This document shows positions 1 to 10,964 of a stretch of DNA of 64,000 bases, piece by piece. Positions within the stretch are counted from its first letter, which is position 1. Each line of letters begins with the position of its first letter. A program made the translations under genes and the position numbers. This stretch comes from an uncultured Gammaproteobacteria bacterium. Its GTDB lineage: Bacteria; Pseudomonadota; Gammaproteobacteria; DRLM01. The notes under the pieces are model-generated. The model was given only the letters and a program-made list of their open reading frames with translations. It had not been told where the DNA came from and ran no database searches. The stretch spans positions 585,396 through 649,395 of the forward strand of contig CAWEOA010000007.1 in the NCBI GenBank assembly GCA_963810615.1, read 5' to 3'.

Positions 1-38
1 GAATATCGAGCAGCTTCTTATCCATGACATCTTCCTTT
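1..38 (-). CDS. Trm112/YcaR-like protein (DUF343); only the first 12 codons are in the window and the gene runs off the left edge
   Basis: The reverse complement of 1-38 reads ATGGATAAGAAGCTGCTCGATATTC = MDKKLLDI. This matches the conserved N-terminus of Trm112-family proteins, which commonly follow lpxK. Confidence 0.35.
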
Positions 39-356
39 TGCTTCGTTGCGGCATGCATGGCGGCGGCGCGCTGCATCCGGCGCACAATTGTACCTCACTT
101 CACTGCTGTCCCATTTACATTATTCGACATGGATGTAACTGTTAGTTGAGATGCGCTTTTTTAATGGTGACGGTTATTCCGGGCATGAAATACCCAGTTA
201 AAATGTTCCTTCTCCCTTCGGGGAGAGCGAAGCGAGGGGGGCGCAGCCGTCAGGATGAGGGGGATAAATAATCAAAGCGTTAGCTTTTTAAATCCCCTCA
301 CCCCAACCCTCTCCCGGTGGGAGAGGGAGTATGGGATAGCAGTGACCGCACTTGAA

Positions 357-1391
357 TTATTCCACGCTGTACGGCGTCATGATATTCACGATCAGGCGCT
401 GCAGGCGCTGTTGACAGTCGCCGTCGATCCGGGCGCTCACCGGGACATACCAATGCAGCGGTCCGGCAAATCCCCGGCACTTCACCGCATCCTTTTCGGT
501 CATGATCACCGGCAGATCATCGTCGAAATGCAGATCCGCGGCCTGAAAGCGGTGGTGGTCGGGGAAGGGATGTTCCACCACCGTCAAGCCCTGGCCGCGC
601 AAGTGGGCGAAGAACCGCCCGGGATTGCCGATGCCCGCCACGCCGTGGACGGTGCTCCCCCGCCACTCGCCGAGGTCGCGCTCGCGCAGGGGGCCGACCA
701 ATGACTGCGCCACACTGCCGGACAGCTGCATGCCGCATTCGCTGGACGTGGCTGCGCCGTTGAGCACGATGAGATCCACGCTGCGCAGACGGGCCGCCGT
801 CTCGCGCAAGGGCCCCGCCGGCAGGCAGCGGCCGTTGCCCAGGCGGCGCTCGCCGTCGATGACCACGATTTCCGCGTCGCGGCGCAAGGCGTAGTGCTGC
901 AGGCCGTCGTCGCAAACCACCACATCGCACCCGTAGTCCTTGATCAGGCGGCGCGCCGCCGCCGCGCGCTGCGGCGCCACCACCACCGGACAGGCGGCGC
1001 GGCGGGCGATCAACACCGGCTCATCACCCACCCTGGCGGGATCGCTGTCGGCGCTGACCGTCTGCGGCCAGGTTTCGGCGTTGCCGCCGTAGCCGCGGCT
1101 CACCACGCCCGGATCATATCCCTCCGCGCGCAAGGCCTCCACCAGCCAGATCACCAGTGGCGTCTTGCCGGTGCCGCCCACCGTAATATTGCCGACCACG
1201 ATCACCGGCACCGGCAATTTATGACTGCGCAGCACGCCGCTTTTGTAGGCGAAACGCCGCACGGAGACCAATATGCGAAACAATGCGCTCAACGGCAGCA
1301 GCGCGATGCTCAATGGATGGGAGCCGTACCACAGTGAAGTGAGGCGCACGCGGAAACCTTTTAATAAGCCATCATCTATCCCAACCGCCAC
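357..1391 (-). CDS. lpxK: tetraacyldisaccharide 4'-kinase
   Basis: 344 aa with a P-loop (VGNITVGGTGKTP), an N-terminal membrane helix, and a start that overlaps the msbA stop as is typical for the msbA-lpxK operon. Confidence 0.85.
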   Translation of the reverse strand: MAVGIDDGLLKGFRVRLTSLWYGSHPLSIALLPLSALFRILVSVRRFAYKSGVLRSHKLPVPVIVVGNITVGGTGKTPLVIWLVEALRAEGYDPGVVSRGYGGNAETWPQTVSADSDPARVGDEPVLIARRAACPVVVAPQRAAAARRLIKDYGCDVVVCDDGLQHYALRRDAEIVVIDGERRLGNGRCLPAGPLRETAARLRSVDLIVLNGAATSSECGMQLSGSVAQSLVGPLRERDLGEWRGSTVHGVAGIGNPGRFFAHLRGQGLTVVEHPFPDHHRFQAADLHFDDDLPVIMTEKDAVKCRGFAGPLHWYVPVSARIDGDCQQRLQRLIVNIMTPYSVE

Positions 1392-3188
<1,797 letters not shown>

Positions 3189-3192
3189 GGGC

Positions 3193-3621
3193 TTAATGCT
3201 TACCTTCCGTCGTGTTCTTGGTCGCGATCGATAGATGTACCAGGCCGACCTGGCGTGCCGCATCCATGGCGGTCACCACCGCCTGATGCGGGGTCTGGCC
3301 GTCGGCACTGATGGTCAGCGGCGGATGTTCCCGTTTGCCGATGACAATCTGCAAGGCCTTCTTCAAGGTCTCGACCTGGGTATTCACCACCCGCTTGCCG
3401 TTGACGTAAAAATTGCCGTGGACATCGATGGTCAGGTCGATGGGTTTATCCTGACTTTCCTGTTTCTGTTGTTGCGCGGCCGTGGGCAGATCGATGCGGA
3501 TCTGGGATTGGTCCTTGAAGGTGGTGGATACCATAAAAAAGATCAGCAGCATGAACACCACGTCGATCAGCGGGGTCAGGTCGATGGCGGGACTCTCGCG
3601 GCGGAATTTGCGCAGGTTCAT
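3193..3621 (-). CDS. exbD: ExbD/TolR family biopolymer transport protein
   Basis: 142 aa with a single TM and the conserved ExbD N-terminus (IDLTPLIDVVFMLLIFFMV). It overlaps the exbB stop by 4 nt. Confidence 0.75.
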   Translation of the reverse strand: MNLRKFRRESPAIDLTPLIDVVFMLLIFFMVSTTFKDQSQIRIDLPTAAQQQKQESQDKPIDLTIDVHGNFYVNGKRVVNTQVETLKKALQIVIGKREHPPLTISADGQTPHQAVVTAMDAARQVGLVHLSIATKNTTEGKH

Positions 3622-4253
3622 CGCGCTTGTCCCTCAAGGGCGGTTTGTTCCCGCTCGCCATGGAGGATCTCCACCATCTTGAGGGCCTCCTGCTCCATGG
3701 TGGATACCAGTTCATCCACCTTGCGCTGAAAGTAGCGATGCGCGATCAGGCTGGGAATGGCGACGGTCAAACCGGCCACGGTGGTGATCAAGGCCTCGGA
3801 GATGCCGCCGGCCAATACCGCTGGATTGCCGACCCCGGAACTGGTGATGTTGGAAAAGATGCTGATCATACCGAGTACCGTGCCGTACAAACCCAGCAGA
3901 GGGGTAACCGCGGCGATGGAACCCAGGGTGTTGAGATAGCGCTCCAGCTCCAGCACCACATGACGGCCCGCCTCTTCGATGCTCTCCTTCATTATCTCGC
4001 GGCTGTGCTCGCGGTTCATCAGTCCCGCCGCCAGCACCTGTCCCAGGGGCGAAGCGGCCCGCAACGCCGATATGCGCGCTACATCGAGATGTCCGCTCTT
4101 CGCCCACTGCCAGATCTGCGTGACCAATTGCCGAGGACAGATGCGTTGCCGGCGCAATGACCAGATACGCTCTACGATGATGGCTATCGCCGCTACCGAG
4201 CAGATAATGATCGGCAGCATGACCCAGCCGCCTTCCCGCACTAACTCAAACAC
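3618..4253 (-). CDS. exbB: MotA/TolQ/ExbB proton-channel family protein
   Basis: 211 aa with 3 TM segments and the conserved C-terminal TolQ/ExbB motif region (GLLGTVLGMI). Confidence 0.75.
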   Translation of the reverse strand: MFELVREGGWVMLPIIICSVAAIAIIVERIWSLRRQRICPRQLVTQIWQWAKSGHLDVARISALRAASPLGQVLAAGLMNREHSREIMKESIEEAGRHVVLELERYLNTLGSIAAVTPLLGLYGTVLGMISIFSNITSSGVGNPAVLAGGISEALITTVAGLTVAIPSLIAHRYFQRKVDELVSTMEQEALKMVEILHGEREQTALEGQAR

Positions 4254-4349
4254 GCGATTCCGTTCCTTTCCGACACCGGGTGCCGCATTCAGCCAAGCCT
4301 GTCATCATACTTGATTAGCCTAGCGGCCAAAAGCATACTCCTCACACAA

Positions 4350-6674
4350 TTAAGGACTATTCCAATAGTGGCGCGCCTGTTGGCGAAAGGTGTCGGGCCG
4401 CAGCGACGCCGCTGAACCGAGCCGGAAAGTGATGGCGCCGCTGTGCGCCGAATCCAGGAGCCGTGCCCCCTCCGCCGCATAGCGGCTCACCACCGCCGGC
4501 TTGGGAAAACCGTAGCGATTGTGATAACCCACCGCGAACAGGGCGTAAGCGGGATCGACGGCCCGCAAAAACGCCGCCGTCGAAGAGGTATTGCTGCCGT
4601 GATGCGGCGCGACCAGGATGTCGCTGGGCAGTTGCGCATCTTGTTTGTCCAGCAGGAGACGTTCACTGCGTTGTTCGATGTCACCCGGTAACAGCAGGGT
4701 CTGGCGCGCGGTTTGCACCCGCAACACGCAGGAGGCGTCGTTGCCGCGATAAGGTTGATCGGCGAGCGGATAGATGATTTCGAAGCTGACGCCGTCCCAT
4801 TGCCAGCGTTGCCCCGCCTGACAGGATTCCACCCGGCCCTGCGGCCAATGGATCTTGTCGGGTACGCTGGTGAGGAGTCGCTGCACCGCGGTTTGCTGCA
4901 ACACCGCCGCGGCGCCGCCGCGATGATCCATATCACCGTGGCTGACGATCAAGGTATCGATGCGGTGAATGCCGTAGTGGCGTAAAAAAGGCACGACGAC
5001 TGCGCTTCCCGCATTAAAGCGCTCGCCGCTGGCGGGTCCGGTATCGAATACCAGGACATGCCCCGCTGTCTCCACCACCGCCGCCAGTCCTTGCCCGACG
5101 TCCAGCAAGGTGAACCACGCTTCTCCCGGCCCCGGCCGGGCGGGATTCACCAACACCATGGGTGTCAGTAATACGCAGCCCAGCCAGCGCCCCGGTATTC
5201 CCCGCGGCGCCAGCAACCAGAGTATCCCCAACAGGGCCGGCGCATAGGCCCATGCCGGCGGTTCCGGCTGTAGCCATTGCGCCATGCCGCTGTGTGTCAA
5301 GCCCTGCAATAGCGGCCAGAGCCAGCCCATGGCACCGTCCGCCAGGCTGAGCAACACAGCGCCCACTGCCGGCATCGGCAATAACAACACGCTGCCGAGC
5401 AAGGTCAGCGGCACCACCACCAGGGTCACCCATGGGACGGCGATGAGATTGGCCACGGGCGCGACTAAAGAAACGCGTTGAAACAGGATCAGCATCAGCG
5501 GCATCAATCCCAGGGCGATCAAGACTTGCACGCGCCCCCACCGCCACCACAGACCTCGCGGCGCGAGCCGTTGTCCCATGCCGTAGAAAATTACCGCCAC
5601 CGCTGCAAACGACAGCCAAAATCCCGCCTCCAGCACGCTGAGGGGATCCCATAGCAACACCAGTATCAGCGCCCATGCCAATAGATGACTGGGGCGGATT
5701 TTTCGTCCCGGCAGCATACTGCCCAACACCACCGTCACCATGATGAGGCTGCGTTGGGTGGGGATGGAGAAACCCGCCAAGGCCGCATAAGCCAGCGCGG
5801 CGCTTATCCCCGCGATCGCGGCGAGCTTGGGCGCGGGCCAGCGCAGGCATAGACGCGGGAACCGTGACCATAAGGCCCGCATGAGAAAAAAGGCGATAGC
5901 GGCGACGATCCCCACATGCAGGCCCGAAATGGCCACCAGGTGATTGGTGCCGGTGGCGGTCAAGGTCCGCCACTGCGCGGGACTGATCGCTTCACGATCA
6001 CCGATGGCCAGGGCGCGAATAATGCCGGCGAATTCGCGCTCATCCAGGGCGGCGGCGATGTGCTGAGCCAGGTCTTGGCGCAGACGATTGATGGGCTGAT
6101 CCCAGGCGCGGCTGAGTATTAAACGATTGTCCTCCTTGTCGCGCACATAACCGGTGGCGCGGATGCGGTGGCGGAACAGCCAGGCCTCATAATCAAAGCC
6201 GCCCGGATTACGCAGGCCATGGGGACGCTTCAGGCGCACATGCAAACGCCAGCGGTCGCCGACATGCAAAACCGCATCGGGGTAGTACCAGTTCAATGCG
6301 ATGCGGCCGGGATTGGGTATGGCGCGATCGCCCTGATAGCATTTCGCCACCTCGAATTCAAAATGGGCGCGCCGTGCATCCCGTTCCGGCAGGGAGGCAA
6401 TCATGCCTTCCACCACCACATCCCGGCCTTCCAGCGCCACGGGCAATTGTCGCTGCAAGACCAGCGCGGCACTCAACCATGCCCACAAAAACCCTAGGGA
6501 TACTATGAAGATCAAGCGCAGCGGCCGGTAACGCCACGCCGCCATCGCCAGCGGCAGGGACAGCAGTCCCCACCACGGATCGGGCAAGGCCGGCAGCAGT
6601 TGCAAGAGACCGATCCCCGCCAGCAGCGCCAGGGCGCTTAGGGGGATGCTGCAACGCACCGGGAAACCGGGCAT
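4350..6674 (-). CDS. comEC: DNA internalization-related competence protein ComEC/Rec2
   Basis: 774 aa with a multi-TM competence domain and a C-terminal metallo-beta-lactamase fold (HGDMDHRGG, a HxHxDH-like motif). Confidence 0.85.
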   Translation of the reverse strand: MPGFPVRCSIPLSALALLAGIGLLQLLPALPDPWWGLLSLPLAMAAWRYRPLRLIFIVSLGFLWAWLSAALVLQRQLPVALEGRDVVVEGMIASLPERDARRAHFEFEVAKCYQGDRAIPNPGRIALNWYYPDAVLHVGDRWRLHVRLKRPHGLRNPGGFDYEAWLFRHRIRATGYVRDKEDNRLILSRAWDQPINRLRQDLAQHIAAALDEREFAGIIRALAIGDREAISPAQWRTLTATGTNHLVAISGLHVGIVAAIAFFLMRALWSRFPRLCLRWPAPKLAAIAGISAALAYAALAGFSIPTQRSLIMVTVVLGSMLPGRKIRPSHLLAWALILVLLWDPLSVLEAGFWLSFAAVAVIFYGMGQRLAPRGLWWRWGRVQVLIALGLMPLMLILFQRVSLVAPVANLIAVPWVTLVVVPLTLLGSVLLLPMPAVGAVLLSLADGAMGWLWPLLQGLTHSGMAQWLQPEPPAWAYAPALLGILWLLAPRGIPGRWLGCVLLTPMVLVNPARPGPGEAWFTLLDVGQGLAAVVETAGHVLVFDTGPASGERFNAGSAVVVPFLRHYGIHRIDTLIVSHGDMDHRGGAAAVLQQTAVQRLLTSVPDKIHWPQGRVESCQAGQRWQWDGVSFEIIYPLADQPYRGNDASCVLRVQTARQTLLLPGDIEQRSERLLLDKQDAQLPSDILVAPHHGSNTSSTAAFLRAVDPAYALFAVGYHNRYGFPKPAVVSRYAAEGARLLDSAHSGAITFRLGSAASLRPDTFRQQARHYWNSP

Positions 6675-6713
6675 AATGGACGGTCACCATTGTTGCCCAC
6701 GCAGGTTGTCGCT

Positions 6714-7247
6714 GTGCCGAAACGGATCATCAAACGCTATCTCCCTGATCCTCACAAGGTCCGCGACCACAAACATCTGCAGTTCTTCGGACAACTCCTC
6801 CATGATCCCAATCTCTGGCACCTCAACCGGCGCTCGGTCGCGGGGGCCTTTTCCGTGGGTTTGTTCTCCGCCTTCGTCCCGGTCCCCTTCCAAATGGTCC
6901 TGGGTGCGGCGGGGGCCATCATCTGGCGTGTCAATCTGCCGTTGTCGGTGGGTCTGGTGTGGCTCACCAATCCCGTGACCATGCCCCCGGTCTTTTATTT
7001 TGCCTACAAACTCGGCACATGGATACTCGGAACCTCACTTCATAAAGGCCTCACCTTCCAGGTATCCTTACAGTGGCTAATGGGCGAATTGACGGTGATC
7101 TGGCAGCCCTTTCTGCTGGGCTGCTTCGTCCTGGGCACGGCGAGCGCCGTACTGGGCAACATGACGATTCGCCTGATGTGGCGCCTGCACGTGGTTCGCT
7201 ATCTGAGACGCAAACGGCTCAAGCGCCAGCAGAGCATGGCGTCCTAA
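6714..7247 (+). CDS. DUF2062 domain membrane protein
   Basis: Start is set at the in-frame GTG (6714), which gives MPKRIIKRYLPDPHKVRDHKHLQFFGQLLHDPNLWHLNRRSVA, the conserved N-terminus of this family. A TTG at 6690 is an alternative start. Confidence 0.7.
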   Translation: MPKRIIKRYLPDPHKVRDHKHLQFFGQLLHDPNLWHLNRRSVAGAFSVGLFSAFVPVPFQMVLGAAGAIIWRVNLPLSVGLVWLTNPVTMPPVFYFAYKLGTWILGTSLHKGLTFQVSLQWLMGELTVIWQPFLLGCFVLGTASAVLGNMTIRLMWRLHVVRYLRRKRLKRQQSMAS

Positions 7248-7259
7248 TCCACAAGACAC

Positions 7260-7952
7260 CTATCCCTGCAATATTCCCTGTTCCAGATGCAGGGTGCGGT
7301 CGAGGCGCTGCGCCAGGCGGGGATCGTGGGTCACCACCACGAAACTGGTGCCCATATCGCGATTCAGCTCCAGCATCAAATCATAGACCTGATCGGCGGT
7401 CTTATAATCCAGGTTACCGGTCGGTTCGTCGGCCAACACGCAGCGCGGTTCGGTGACCAGCGCCCGCGCCACCGCCGCCCGCTGCCGTTCGCCGCCGGAC
7501 AGTTCACCGGGCTTGTGCTTGAGGCGATGCCCCAGCCCCACCCTCTCCAACAGAGGTTGCGCCTTGTGTGTGGCGGCCTTGGGACTCAGGCCGCGGATCA
7601 ACAAGGGCATGCACACGTTTTCCAAGGCGCTGAATTCCGGCAGGAGATGATGGAATTGATACACGAAACCCAGGGCGCGGTTGCGCAGACGGCCCCGGTC
7701 GACATCGCTGAGCTCGGCCATGTTGGAGCCGCCTACCCACACCTCGCCCTGCGTCGGCTTATCCAGCCCGCCCAGCAGATGCAGCAGAGTGCTTTTGCCT
7801 GAACCGGAGGCACCGACGATGGCGAGGCGCTCCCCCGCCGCCACATCCAGATTGATGTCCTTGAGGACTTCCACCGTCGCCGGACCCTCGGTATAGATCT
7901 TGGCAAGATGGCGGCAATGAATCACCGGCTGTTCCGTGATGGGCTTATTCAT
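7260..7952 (-). CDS. lolD: lipoprotein-releasing system ATP-binding protein LolD
   Basis: ABC ATPase with Walker [10 protein letters not shown], signature LSGGERQR and Walker [11 protein letters not shown]. It overlaps the lolC/E permease gene. Confidence 0.9.
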   Translation of the reverse strand: MNKPITEQPVIHCRHLAKIYTEGPATVEVLKDINLDVAAGERLAIVGASGSGKSTLLHLLGGLDKPTQGEVWVGGSNMAELSDVDRGRLRNRALGFVYQFHHLLPEFSALENVCMPLLIRGLSPKAATHKAQPLLERVGLGHRLKHKPGELSGGERQRAAVARALVTEPRCVLADEPTGNLDYKTADQVYDLMLELNRDMGTSFVVVTHDPRLAQRLDRTLHLEQGILQG

Positions 7953-9192
7953 AGCGCAACGCCTCGGCCGGCTGGGTGCGCGCCGCCCGCCATGCCGGGT
8001 AGAGGGTCGCCACCAGGCTCAATACCAGCGATACCCCACAGATCCTGATCACGTCGGGCCACTGCAGGTCCGAGGGCAGTTCACTGATGTAGTAGACGTC
8101 CGCGGAGAGAAACTCCACGTGGAACAGATGCTCGATGATGGGCACGATGGTTTCCACATTGAGCGCCAGCAATACCCCGGCGATACCGCCCAGCAAGGTA
8201 CCCACGATGCCGATCACCGATCCCTGCACGATGAAGATGGTCATGATGGAGCGCGGCGTGGCGCCGAGGGTGCGCAATACCGCGATGTCGGCTTCCTTGT
8301 CGCGGACCATCATCACCAGGGTGGAGACGATATTGAAGGCCGCCACCGCCACGATCAACAGCAGGATCACGAACATCACGGTCTTTTCCATCTGCACCGC
8401 CCGGAAAAAATTCACGTGCTGCTGCGTCCAGTCGCTGACTATGTAGCCGGGCGGCAGGTTTTTGGATATGTCACGGGCGATGGCCGGTGCGCGCAACAGA
8501 TCATCCAGCTTTAAACGAATGCCGCTGACCCCGTCGCCGAGGCGAAACAAGGTGGCCGCATCCTGCAGATCCAGCACCGCCAGACCGTTGTCGTATTCAT
8601 ACATGCCGACCTCGAAGATCCCCACCACGGTGAAGCGTTTCAGCCGCGGCAATATCCCCGCCGGCGTCACCGTCGCCTGCGGCGTAACCAAGGTCACCTT
8701 GTCTCCCACCCAGGCCCCAAGGTGCAAGGCCAGGTCCTTACCCAGTACGATGCCGAACCCGCCTGGATGCAGATCATCCAGTGAACCTGCGACCATCTTG
8801 GCGCCGATATCCGAGACCTCGCTTTCCTCGCCGGGCAGCACACCGCGGATCAAGCTGCCGCTGACGCCCTGAGTCCCGCTGAGCATCCCTTCCCCGTCGA
8901 TGTACGGCGCGGCGCCCACGACGTGGGGCTGTTTCACCAAAGTAGTCCGCAGCGCGGGCCAGTCGCGCAATCTGCCGTCAGGCTCGCTGACCGTGGCATG
9001 GGAGACCACGCCCAGGATGCGGTTACGCAATTCCTGCTCGAAACCGTTCATCACCGACAACACGGTGATCAGGGCCATCACGCCCAGGATGATGCCCAGC
9101 ATGGAGGTCAGCGCGATAAATGAAATGAAATGATTGCGGCGTTTGGCCCGCGTATAGCGCAGTCCGATGAAAAGTTCGAGCGGTTTAAACAT
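7945..9192 (-). CDS. lolC: lipoprotein-releasing system permease LolC/LolE (FtsX-like)
   Basis: 415 aa with an N-terminal TM, a large periplasmic domain and a C-terminal FtsX-type 3-TM bundle. It overlaps lolD. Confidence 0.85.
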   Translation of the reverse strand: MFKPLELFIGLRYTRAKRRNHFISFIALTSMLGIILGVMALITVLSVMNGFEQELRNRILGVVSHATVSEPDGRLRDWPALRTTLVKQPHVVGAAPYIDGEGMLSGTQGVSGSLIRGVLPGEESEVSDIGAKMVAGSLDDLHPGGFGIVLGKDLALHLGAWVGDKVTLVTPQATVTPAGILPRLKRFTVVGIFEVGMYEYDNGLAVLDLQDAATLFRLGDGVSGIRLKLDDLLRAPAIARDISKNLPPGYIVSDWTQQHVNFFRAVQMEKTVMFVILLLIVAVAAFNIVSTLVMMVRDKEADIAVLRTLGATPRSIMTIFIVQGSVIGIVGTLLGGIAGVLLALNVETIVPIIEHLFHVEFLSADVYYISELPSDLQWPDVIRICGVSLVLSLVATLYPAWRAARTQPAEALRYE

Positions 9193-9388
9193 GGGCGGGA
9201 ATTAAACCACAAAATACGCGCAGGGTCTTTACCCAGTTACACCCCGGGAATCGGGATTGACATCTGCTGCAACAATGGACTCGGCTCAAGCACCTCCCCA
9301 CCGGCACCAAATCTACACCCAGGTGTTCTTCATATTATCGGCTTCCGGGGCAACTGCGCATTACCTAAGGAAGGCTGATTAATTCTTT

Positions 9389-9537
9389 TGACGTCATTCC
9401 GGCGAATAACCTCAAGAGCATAAATACCGTAAAGTGCACAAGTACCCTAAAGGGCATATAAGCCGGAATCCAGACCTCCCCAAAATAACGTTACTGGATT
9501 CCGGGTCTCCGCTACGCTACGCCCGGAATGACAAATT
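9389..9537. repeat. composite REP/BIME-like cluster with three CCGGAAT-containing palindromic units in alternating orientation
   Basis: The termini GACGTCATTCCGGCG (9389-9404) and CGCCCGGAATGACAA (9522-9536) are inverted repeats. An internal unit is GCCGGAATCCAGACC. The 39-nt hairpin unit GGATTCCGGGTCTCCGCTACGCTACGCCCGGAATGACAA (9496-9534) recurs exactly at 34769-34807. Confidence 0.55.
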
Positions 9538-9635
9538 AATTAGAGTTTTCCTAAGAACCGGGATAGTTTTTTTGTTATGGCGGCGGCACGCAGGGAGCGG
9601 CGCATCCGGCACGGGATACATCAAAACTCTGTTGC

Positions 9636-10796
9636 TTATACTGCGGCCGAGGTCTTGGCGCCGGCTATCGTTGCATCGTTGGCGGCGACCGGCGCGGTCG
9701 TCGTGGTGGAAGTATCCCCGCTAGGCAGGGTGCTCGTGCCGGTATCAGCAGGCGCCGTTGTCACATCCGTCGGCGGGGTGGCTGCCGCAGTCGCGCTACC
9801 GCCGTCAAGCGCGGGAGCGGAAGCCTGATTGCCGTTCGCGACCGGCGGCAGTTGCAGGTTCAAGCCGTAGGCGGCAAAGGTCTGCTTCAGGGCCAGGTGC
9901 AATGAATAATCCGTCAATTGCGAATTGTCGAAATTCAAGCTGCTCGCTTGAGACAGGGCGGCATTGACATCGCCGCCAAAAAATCCGGCGGCCAGTTGAT
10001 TGACCTGCCCCGCCAGATCCTGAACCGCCTGCAATTCATTGGCATTGAGATCGCCTTGCACACTGATCGTCACCCGATTGCTGGTAAAGGCCTGGATATC
10101 GGTGCTGCTAAGCTGGGCACTGCCATTGCCGGCCTGAATGTTTTGTATGCTTGCTCCGCTCTTCGAGGCGAAGCTGAGGGTGACGGTGTCGCCTTCCTGG
10201 GTATGGATCTGCAGTTCACCCTTGGCGTTGGAAATCAGTTTGGCGCCCATCGCCGTTACGCTGCCGCCGCCTTGTACCGAATCTGAATTAGCCAGGAAGG
10301 CGGAGTACAGCGATTGCAATTGATCATTGATCTGAGAGATGGCTGTATCGAGTGACGCAGAGCCGCCGGCGTTATTGCCGGCCGGCAATGCCTGGGCCGT
10401 TTGCTGAATGGCGGCGCCGGCCGCATCGTTCACCGCGGCGACCGCAACCGTCGGCGGCGTGCCATTCAATGAATTCAAGGCGGAACTTACGGCACCGGCG
10501 AGATCGTTGCCGGCTTGTTCATCGGCCGTGGCACCCGCGACCGAGACGCCGGTTTGATGCAATTCGAAGTGCTGGCTCAGGGCTATTCGGATCTGATTCA
10601 CCACCGCCTGCTTGATCGATCCTTGTGATGCACCACCGCCGATAGCGGAACTGTCGTGTGACTGAGTCGCTGAGGAACGGTCGTGATGTCCGGAATGCTC
10701 CGAGCGCTGCGAATGGTGGGTGTGGTGTGAATGTCCGGGGCGGGACCAGGAAATATGGCCATCCGTGTTGTGAGCGCCTAGTGACAGACCGTGCAT
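9636..10796 (-). CDS. hypothetical protein with a His-rich N-terminus and a long Q/N/A/S/G-rich low-complexity region
   Basis: 386 aa. A strong SD (AAGGAGG) sits 5 nt upstream of the ATG at 10796. N-terminus is HSHHTHHSQRSEHSGHHDR. No signal peptide or TM is recognisable and no conserved domain is recognised. Confidence 0.6.
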   Translation of the reverse strand: MHGLSLGAHNTDGHISWSRPGHSHHTHHSQRSEHSGHHDRSSATQSHDSSAIGGGASQGSIKQAVVNQIRIALSQHFELHQTGVSVAGATADEQAGNDLAGAVSSALNSLNGTPPTVAVAAVNDAAGAAIQQTAQALPAGNNAGGSASLDTAISQINDQLQSLYSAFLANSDSVQGGGSVTAMGAKLISNAKGELQIHTQEGDTVTLSFASKSGASIQNIQAGNGSAQLSSTDIQAFTSNRVTISVQGDLNANELQAVQDLAGQVNQLAAGFFGGDVNAALSQASSLNFDNSQLTDYSLHLALKQTFAAYGLNLQLPPVANGNQASAPALDGGSATAAATPPTDVTTAPADTGTSTLPSGDTSTTTTAPVAANDATIAGAKTSAAV

Positions 10797-10964
10797 ATCC
10801 GCCTCCTTCCCTGAATTTGGCCACCGCGAGCGCGGCGGCAGCTGTTGTTATGCAGCGTATCGGGAAGGCATGTGAGAACTTTAGTAACAACGAGCTCACA
10901 CTTGGCCGAATAATATTTATGTCAGGCTGATTTAGCCTCCCTAGAAATGATCTGGCGATGGTAA

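Noticed and set aside
255-930. ORFs 255-704(+), 517-930(-), 584-925(-) and 625-894(+), which are Arg/Ala-rich
   Set aside because: All lie antisense to or out of frame within lpxK. The Arg/Pro/Ala-rich composition is typical of spurious ORFs in high-GC DNA.
5014-5973. 319-aa ORF on the minus strand inside comEC
   Set aside because: It is in an alternative frame of comEC with Gly/Ala/Arg-rich low-complexity sequence. The comEC frame has clear domain support.
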